Under the pieces are notes generated by a model. The model was not told where the DNA came from, did not search any database, and saw only the letters and a list, made by a program, of their open reading frames with translations. Below are positions 57,674-64,000 of a stretch of DNA of 64,000 nucleotides, in pieces; the first letter of the stretch is position 1; every line of letters starts with the position of its first letter. Source of the stretch: an uncultured bacterium (GTDB taxonomy: Bacteria; Eisenbacteria; RBG-16-71-46; CAIMUX01); the NCBI GenBank assembly GCA_964371055.1, contig CAYJLF010000025.1, positions 10,029 through 74,028 on the forward strand, read 5' to 3'. Made by a program: the position numbers and the translations under genes.

Positions 57674-59129
57674 TCGCCGCGCGCGAGACGGCGATCGAGG
57701 TGCCGGGAACCACGAGATCGGGTCCCGACGGGATGAATGGCAGCCAGCAGAGCTCGGCGGATGCGCCGGTCGCCGCCCCACGTTCCAGACATCCCAGCAC
57801 GAACGGCCTGAGCGCGATCGCGGTCGTCTCGTCGAGCTCAACCGGTGCTCCAGGTGCGACGGGTTGGCCCAGGGTCTCCGCCTCGGTCCAGTCGAGCCGG
57901 CGGCGGCTCAAGGCCAGAGCGCAGGTCCAGGCCGGACGCGGATGGCGTCCGCCAAAGGCCGGGATCCACAACGGACTCTCTCGCGTGATCAGCCGGTAGA
58001 ACGGCAGCCAGATCGGTCCGCGCTGCGCGTCGCGACGGCGCAGGTCGGCCGCGCGCAAGGCTGACGTCGCCGCGTGCGCCGCGCCTCCGGGGCCGGAGGG
58101 CCAGAGCGCCTGACTCATCACCGGTCGCATGCCGCCTGGGTCAGCGTGCCACGTCTGTCCGCAGATCGCGCAGCCGTGCAGCCGGGCACGCGGGTGCATC
58201 GGCAAGGGAGCGCTGCAGGCAGGACAGACCAGCGGAACCAGCCAGTCGCCGGGGGCGGCTCGCTCTCCACTTCCGTCGCCGCCCGCCTCACCGGAGAGCA
58301 CCGTGGCCTCTTCCTGCAACAGACGAAACGCCTCGAGCCGTTCGTCTTTCAGGTGTGCTGCTCCTCCGCCGTTGATGGCATCGATCAGCAACGCCCCCTC
58401 GCTCCCGTCGACCGCGTCGCGGTAGAAGAAGGCGAAGTAGGGAGCGTAGAGCCGTGAGAGCTCCGGCGCCGGGGCGAAGAGTTCGATCTCCCAGGCGGGG
58501 TCGACCGAGGTGCTGCCCCAGGCCCGCAGTTGCGCGGCCAGTCTGGTGCGCGCCTCGGCGGCGTCGAGCGCGCCGGGCAGAAGCGATCCTTCTTCGAGGT
58601 CGGTGATCGGCACCGCCTCGCAGGTCTGCGGCCGCAGGCCGAGGCTCAGCCGCCCGAGATCGAGCGTCGGGGTGTCGTCCAGGGTCAGTTCTCGCTGGCC
58701 GGCCTCGAAGCGGATGCGCGCCGCGTCGACGACGAAGGCCGCGCCGTGACGGCGCCTCTCGTCGACCAGTTCTTCCGGCGGCTCGACGGCGCGCCGCACG
58801 ATCCAGACCTCGGCGCGCAGGCGGTAGAAGGGGGAGTAGATCAACGGGGCGTCGTCGTCGAGCGCGCGGACGCGGGAGCCGCGCCGGCGCAGCTCACGCC
58901 GGGCCGCGATCGCGGCGTCGGGGCGCGAGAGACGCGGCGGCATCGCCAGGGCGGAGACCCGGGTTCCCGGCTCCAGGATCGCGAGGGCGAGGCCGCACCA
59001 GCCACACGAGGTCGCGCCATCGCCCTCGGTGTAGCGGACCGGTCCGCCGCAGCGCGGGCAGCGTCGGCGGATGATCAGGCCGGTGGTCGGTGACGCAGCG
59101 TTCGCCGGTTTGGCCTTCACCGGCGCCAT
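57588..59129 (-). CDS. Hypothetical protein with an internally duplicated double zinc-ribbon module
   Basis: There are two copies of CxxC-x10-17-CxxC (CPRCGGPVRYTEGDGATSCGWCG and CPACSAPLPMHPRARLHGCAICG), each followed by a PFYRL motif (YSPFYRLRAEVW and WLPFYRLITRESPLW). It is the third gene of the minus-strand operon. Its 3' end overlaps the convergent kinase gene by 86 nt. Confidence 0.55.
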   Translation of the reverse strand: MAPVKAKPANAASPTTGLIIRRRCPRCGGPVRYTEGDGATSCGWCGLALAILEPGTRVSALAMPPRLSRPDAAIAARRELRRRGSRVRALDDDAPLIYSPFYRLRAEVWIVRRAVEPPEELVDERRRHGAAFVVDAARIRFEAGQRELTLDDTPTLDLGRLSLGLRPQTCEAVPITDLEEGSLLPGALDAAEARTRLAAQLRAWGSTSVDPAWEIELFAPAPELSRLYAPYFAFFYRDAVDGSEGALLIDAINGGGAAHLKDERLEAFRLLQEEATVLSGEAGGDGSGERAAPGDWLVPLVCPACSAPLPMHPRARLHGCAICGQTWHADPGGMRPVMSQALWPSGPGGAAHAATSALRAADLRRRDAQRGPIWLPFYRLITRESPLWIPAFGGRHPRPAWTCALALSRRRLDWTEAETLGQPVAPGAPVELDETTAIALRPFVLGCLERGAATGASAELCWLPFIPSGPDLVVPGTSIAVSRAAITPWGALPPAQSPAQPPGRSAERTGSRL

Positions 59130-59143
59130 TTCTCAGCCGCGCC

Positions 59144-60181
59144 TCATCGCGGCGCCGCGTCCGCTTCCGGCTTCGCGCCCGCGACCTTCGCGCCGCACTC
59201 GGGGCAGAAACGCGCGTTCGCCGGCAACGCCGTGTGACAGGAGGCGCACGTCGCCGCGGCGGATGCGATGGAGGATGCTTCCGTCGCCGGAGTCGGCGTC
59301 GGCGCTACGGTGACGGACGCCGCGCGCGGCGGGGCCAACGTGCCCTGCAAGAGCGCCGGGACCAACCCCAGCCCGATGCCGGCCCCGATGCCCGCCTCGG
59401 CCGCCTGGCCGGCGGTGCCGCTTCCGGCCGCGCCGTGTCCGCCGATGGCGCGGGCCGCCTGGAAGCGGAGGAAGTCGTGCAGGTCACCGACCGCGTTCAG
59501 GCTGCTCCGCTCGTCGATCATCTGCTGCACCGTCTCCGGCGGGGTGATCGAGTTGACGTAGAACTCGACCAGCTCCAGCCCGTAGCGGGTGAAGTCCTCG
59601 CGGATCCGCACCTTGGCCGCCGCGGCCAGCTCGTTGTAGAGCGCCGGCAGGTCGAAGAGGCTCGTGACCTTCTCTCCCACCATGTCATTCAGGCGCGCCA
59701 CGATCACATCGCGCACGTAGTCCTCGAGCTCGGTCACGGCGAAGGCTTCGCGTGAGCCGACGAGCGTGTTGAGGAAGTTCATGGGGTGGGACACGCGCAG
59801 GCTGAAGCGCCCGTAGCCGCGCAGCCGCACCACGCCGAGCTCGCGGTCGCGGAAGACGACCGGGTTCTTCGTCCCCCACTTGAGGTCGCTGAAGACCTTC
59901 CGGTTGACGAAGATCACCGCGGCGCGGAAGGGGGATTGAAACCCGTACGGCAGCGCGAGCGCGCGGGTCAGCAGGGGGAGGTTCAAGGTGGAGAGGACAT
60001 GCCGGCCGGGCCCGAGCTGATCGAGGTACTTCCCGTCGCGGACGAAGATCGCCGTCTGGTTCTCCTGGACGATGAGCTGGGCTCCCATCTTGATGTCGGT
60101 CGAGCCATCTTCCGGCAGGCGGCGGACCATCTCCGCCGGACTGTGCACGGCCCACTCCAGCACTTCCACGAACACGGACAT
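59144..60181 (-). CDS. SPFH/band-7 domain protein with a C-terminal zinc ribbon (COG4260, YdjI-like, annotated elsewhere as virion core protein-like)
   Basis: An RBS (AAGGGAG) is present. The N-terminal SPFH-like domain is GAQLIVQENQTAIFVRDGKYLDQLGPGRHVLSTLNLPLL ... VVRLRGYGRFSLRV. A low-complexity linker is followed by the zinc ribbon CASCHTALPANARFCPECG. Confidence 0.8.
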   Translation of the reverse strand: MSVFVEVLEWAVHSPAEMVRRLPEDGSTDIKMGAQLIVQENQTAIFVRDGKYLDQLGPGRHVLSTLNLPLLTRALALPYGFQSPFRAAVIFVNRKVFSDLKWGTKNPVVFRDRELGVVRLRGYGRFSLRVSHPMNFLNTLVGSREAFAVTELEDYVRDVIVARLNDMVGEKVTSLFDLPALYNELAAAAKVRIREDFTRYGLELVEFYVNSITPPETVQQMIDERSSLNAVGDLHDFLRFQAARAIGGHGAAGSGTAGQAAEAGIGAGIGLGLVPALLQGTLAPPRAASVTVAPTPTPATEASSIASAAATCASCHTALPANARFCPECGAKVAGAKPEADAAPR

Positions 60182-60201
60182 GGTCGCTCCCTTCGTGCGG
60201 G

Positions 60202-60732
60202 TCAGCGGTCTCCCAGGGTCTTGTCACGGGCCACGAGGCGTGCCTCGACGCGATCGAGGTCAGCGTCCACGTCGTCCAGGTAAGTCTGCAGGGCCGAGCG
60301 CGTGCGGGGCGGGAAGGGGGCTCCGCGCAACCGCTCGACCGCATCGTCCAAATCCTGGAAGAGAAGGAGGTCGGTCTCCAGCAGCCGCTCCAGCGTTTCT
60401 TCGCGCACCTGTGCGGCGTCGAAGAATCCGCTGAACCCATAGGGGGCGTAACGCACCGCGTCTGCGATCCCCTCGGTGCGACGCAGGCGGCGGTCTAAGT
60501 GCTCTGCCCCCGCGTCGAGCGATTGCTCGGTCAGCCGCGCGATCCGGTCCTCCAGCAGGGTGCGGACGATCTGGAGCTTGGCGAGGACCCGCCCGCGCAG
60601 CCGGGCGTCCTCCTCCCGCCGAAGCTCCTTCTCCTTGTACCCCCGGTACCCGGGCACGAGGTAGGCGAGATTCTCGAGGAATCGGGTCCCGCCCATCCGC
60701 GCGGCGGAGACCGGTCGGCCGGAATCGTGCAT
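60202..60732 (-). CDS. Hypothetical coiled-coil protein of 177 aa, the first gene of the minus-strand module
   Basis: A strong RBS (GGAGGTGA) precedes the ATG at 60732. The protein is Arg/Glu/Leu/Asp-rich and helical (KEKELRREEDARLRGRVLAKLQIVRTLLEDRIARLTEQ). It is not recognisably PspA. Confidence 0.5.
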   Translation of the reverse strand: MHDSGRPVSAARMGGTRFLENLAYLVPGYRGYKEKELRREEDARLRGRVLAKLQIVRTLLEDRIARLTEQSLDAGAEHLDRRLRRTEGIADAVRYAPYGFSGFFDAAQVREETLERLLETDLLLFQDLDDAVERLRGAPFPPRTRSALQTYLDDVDADLDRVEARLVARDKTLGDR

Positions 60733-60917
60733 GTCACCTCCCTCGGGTGCCGGTGCGCTTTGCATTCCGCAGCGACGGCGGCGCGGTTCCTGCAATGCGC
60801 CTGGGCGGTCCTGGCTCGCGGGCGCCGGCCGCGCATCCCGGAGGGGATGATCTGTCGCGGTTTGCGGCTCCGCCTCTTCCGTCCGCCTCTGCTGCCGAGG
60901 GACGTGATGCAACGCTC

Positions 60918-62366
60918 ATGCCGCGGTGTATGATCGGCCCTATGGCGATCTCTCCATCCGAACCTCCCTCGGCTGCCGCCGCGTCGCTTCTTCGTCCTCG
61001 GCTCTTGCTGGTCGATCGCGACGTCGCCGAGGCGGGACGGATCTCCCGCTATTTCGAGGGGGAGGGGTTCGAGGTTCTGGTGGCCCGGACCACCGAACAG
61101 GCCGTCAATGCCCTCGAACGGCAGGCGTTCGACGGACTGGTGACGGAGCTGGAAGGACCGGGGATCGACGGCCTCCTGCTGTTGCGCGCCGCGCGGCGGC
61201 TCGATCCCGAGGCGATGGTGGTCCTGCTCGGCGAGCCGGACCTGATGGCGAAGGGGGCCCGCGCGATTCTGGATGGCGCGTGGGATTTCCAGACGCGCCC
61301 TCTGGTGCTGGAGAAGATCCTGGCGGGACTGCGGCGGACGGAGCGACTCCGCCGCCTGATCGGCGAGGTCCGCGATCTCAATCGGCGCCTCGACAAGAAG
61401 TACGGCCTGCGGAACATCATCGGCGCTTCGCCCGCGATCTCGCTGGCGCTCGACCGGATCCTGCAGGCCGGCCCGACCGAGGCGACGGTGCTGATCACGG
61501 GAGAGACCGGCACCGGCAAGGAGCTCGTGGCGACCGCGCTGCACCAGGCCTCCACCCGCCGGTCGGGGCCGCTCATCCGCCTGCATTGCGCCGATCTGTC
61601 GGAAGGACTGGTCGACAGCGAGCTCTTCGGACACGAGAAGGGGGCCTTCACTGGCGCCGTCGCGGCGCGGAAGGGACGCTTCGAGCTGGCCGACGGCGGC
61701 ACGATCTTCCTGGACGAGGTGGGCGAGCTGGCGGCGGGGACGCAGGTGCGGCTGCTTCGGGTGCTGCAGGAGCGCGAGTTCATTCCGGTCGGCGGCGAGG
61801 CGCCGGTGCGGGTCGATGTGCGGGTCGTCGCCGCGACCCATCACGATCTCCGCGCGCTGGTGGCCGCGGGGCGCTTCCGCGAGGATCTCTACTACCGCCT
61901 CAACGTCGTCTCGATCGAGATGCCCGCGCTGCGCCACCGGCCGCAGGACATCCCGCTCCTCGTCGAGCACTTCCTGAGCGAAGCGGCCGAGACCTACGGG
62001 CATCGCGTCCCGGGGGTCACCCATCGAGCCATGGCGCGCCTCGCGCGGTACCACTGGCCGGGCAACGTGCGCGAGTTGAAGAATGTGATCGTCGGGACGG
62101 TGATCCAGGCGCCCGGCGACCGGCCGATCGACCTCGAGGACCTGCCGCCCCTCTTCCGGTCCCTGCCGGACGAGGAGCGCCTGCTGCAGGTGCCGCTGGG
62201 CACGAGCCTGGCCGAAGTCGAGCAGCGGTTGATCGAGGCCCACCTGCGGGAGCACGGCAAGGACATCCGGGGCGCCGCCCGGGCCCTCGGGGTGAGCGTG
62301 CGGACCCTTTATCGCCGCCTCGATGCGTACCAGAAGGGAACGGACGGGGGAGCGACCCCCCGTTGA
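60918..62366 (+). CDS. Sigma-54-dependent activator (NtrC family) with an atypical receiver (Glu in place of the phospho-acceptor Asp). The start is the ATG at 60918, 60930 or 60942.
   Basis: The REC-like N-terminus reads FDGLVTELEGPGIDG where the canonical sequence has DLVLLDLxMPxMDG. The AAA+ domain has Walker A (GETGTGKE) and GAFTGA, and the ESELFGHEKGAFTGA motif is present. The C-terminal HTH is RGAARALGVSVRTLYRRL. Confidence 0.85.
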   Translation: MPRCMIGPMAISPSEPPSAAAASLLRPRLLLVDRDVAEAGRISRYFEGEGFEVLVARTTEQAVNALERQAFDGLVTELEGPGIDGLLLLRAARRLDPEAMVVLLGEPDLMAKGARAILDGAWDFQTRPLVLEKILAGLRRTERLRRLIGEVRDLNRRLDKKYGLRNIIGASPAISLALDRILQAGPTEATVLITGETGTGKELVATALHQASTRRSGPLIRLHCADLSEGLVDSELFGHEKGAFTGAVAARKGRFELADGGTIFLDEVGELAAGTQVRLLRVLQEREFIPVGGEAPVRVDVRVVAATHHDLRALVAAGRFREDLYYRLNVVSIEMPALRHRPQDIPLLVEHFLSEAAETYGHRVPGVTHRAMARLARYHWPGNVRELKNVIVGTVIQAPGDRPIDLEDLPPLFRSLPDEERLLQVPLGTSLAEVEQRLIEAHLREHGKDIRGAARALGVSVRTLYRRLDAYQKGTDGGATPR

Positions 62367-62407
62367 CCCGGACCCTGCGTCCCAGAATGAAACCCTGCGA
62401 CGGATCC

Positions 62408-62422
62408 GTGCCAATTTGGCAC
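62408..62422 (+). promoter_or_regulatory. Perfect palindrome GTGCCAA-T-TTGGCAC, a candidate activator/operator site, 42 nt after the activator gene stop and about 365 nt upstream of groES
   Basis: A 7-bp inverted repeat with a 1-nt spacer was seen directly. Two further TGGCAC motifs lie downstream at 62539 and 62651 (TGGCACGATAGTTAT). Confidence 0.3.
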
Positions 62423-62786
62423 CCATCGTCGGGACGGCGCAGGCGAGGGCGATGGATCCGATATCTTGCTGTATCTCAGTGTGTTACAGGCGGACCGCCA
62501 TGCGGGGCGGCGGGTTAGACTGAATTCATGTGTCAAGCTGGCACGCGCCCCTCTTCCAACCTGGGACAGTGCCCGCGACCAGTTCGCGGTCCTAAATGTA
62601 ACTTGCTGTGATTGGTGCGGTTAGATCGCGCAATGTCGTTGGCACGATAGTTATGGAGACTATCTGGGGCGCCGACGCCTCAAGCGCGCTTCGGCGGCTG
62701 GCGGTCGGTACCCCGACGTTGTGTATCCACAGGGCGGAAAAGTCTGCCGCCCCGAGAAACCGTGCAGATGGAGGAGGAATCGCGAC

Positions 62787-63095
62787 ATGACGCAGAAGAG
62801 CGCCATCAAGATCCGTCCCCTGGGAGACCGGATCCTGGTGAAGCGGATCGAGGAAGCCGAGGAGGTGCGCGGCGGAATCATCATTCCGGACACCGCCAAG
62901 GAGAAGCCGATGCAGGGCGAGGTCAAGGCGGTCGGGCCGGGCCGTACCCTCGACGACGGCAAGGTGCACAAGCCGGACGTCAAAGTCGGCGACCGCATCC
63001 TCATGAGCAAGTACGCCGGCAGCGAAGTCAAGATCGACGGGCATGAGTTCGTCATCCTGCGCGAGGACGACGTCCTCGGGATCATCGAGCAGTAA
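62787..63095 (+). CDS. groES: Co-chaperonin GroES
   Basis: An RBS (GGAGGAGG) is present. The N-terminus is [52 protein letters not shown] and the C-terminus is [19 protein letters not shown]. Confidence 0.95.
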   Translation: MTQKSAIKIRPLGDRILVKRIEEAEEVRGGIIIPDTAKEKPMQGEVKAVGPGRTLDDGKVHKPDVKVGDRILMSKYAGSEVKIDGHEFVILREDDVLGIIEQ

Positions 63096-63206
63096 GGGAT
63101 TCGCGGCCACCCGGGATAGGTCCGGCTGAGCCGCCCATAGACAAGAGCTCCGAGGCGGACGCGACGCGCGCCACCGCGGATGACCCGGCAAAGGGAGGTT
63201 CGAGAG

Positions 63207-64000
<794 letters not shown>

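Noticed and set aside
60202-60732. PspA/IM30 identity for the 177-aa coiled-coil protein
   Set aside because: There is no similarity to the PspA N-terminal amphipathic helix or to the ESCRT-III-like core. Only the coiled-coil character and the genomic context are suggestive.
60733-60917. Sigma-54 -24/-12 promoter for the minus-strand SPFH module, expected by analogy to pspF-pspA
   Set aside because: The reverse complement of the divergent region contains no TGGCAC-N5-TTGC-like element. Only the GG/GC dinucleotides occasionally align.
62367-62786. CIRCE/HrcA operator or RpoH promoter upstream of groES
   Set aside because: No TTAGCACTC-N9-GAGTGCTAA inverted repeat and no CTTGAAA / CCCCATNT pair is present. 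Only the unrelated GTGCCAAtTTGGCAC palindrome was found.

Overview
This is a high-GC (about 70%), densely coding bacterial chromosomal window with almost all genes on the + strand. No rRNA, tRNA, CRISPR array, transposase or integrase was recognisable.

Window contents, in order:
- **1-20.4 kb: flagellar export/hook/C-ring operon.** fliG(partial), fliH, fliI, fliJ, a ylxF/MotE-like gene, fliK, flgD, flgE, fliL, fliM, fliN, fliO, fliP, fliQ, fliR, flhB, flhA, flhF, flhG, a small ORF, then fliA. This is the gene order of the Bacillus/spirochaete-type fla operon. Many neighbours are joined by ATGA/GTGA overlaps. There are no che genes, and motAB, flagellin and flgM are absent from the window. FliK is unusually long at 992 aa.
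- **20.4-25.9 kb:** two unknown genes, then an HDOD protein, a GAF-GGDEF diguanylate cyclase and a REC-histidine kinase hybrid.
- **26-30.2 kb:** an initiating sugar phosphotransferase, a Gfo/Idh/MocA oxidoreductase and a secreted hypothetical protein.
- **30.3-33 kb:** valS.
- **33-37.8 kb:** a DUF4139-like protein, a TonB-dependent receptor and a lipoprotein.
- **37.8-42 kb:** a TPR-CHAT protein with a C-terminal transmembrane segment, followed by an ECF sigma factor and a zinc-finger anti-sigma factor.
- **42-50.7 kb:** a cluster of secreted proteins. Three carry a Por/T9SS-type (FlgD-Ig-like) C-terminal sorting domain; one has five 40-aa cysteine-rich tandem repeats and one is a 15-blade RCC1-like propeller. 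An AmpG-like MFS transporter and a lipoprotein sit among them.
- **51-54.5 kb:** a degenerate receiver-like protein, then a ferredoxin and 2-oxoacid:ferredoxin oxidoreductase alpha and fused beta-gamma subunits.
- **54.7-57.7 kb:** a sigma-54 NtrC-type two-component pair.
- **57.6-60.7 kb, minus strand:** a three-gene module of a coiled-coil protein, an SPFH domain with a zinc ribbon (COG4260/YdjI-like) and a duplicated double zinc-ribbon protein.
- **60.9-62.4 kb:** a second sigma-54 activator, divergent from the module, whose receiver has Glu in place of the phospho-acceptor Asp.
- **62.4-64 kb:** groES and the start of groEL. There is no CIRCE element; instead there is a perfect palindrome and three TGGCAC motifs in the 420-bp leader.

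The long antisense ORFs in the six-frame track are high-GC artefacts.
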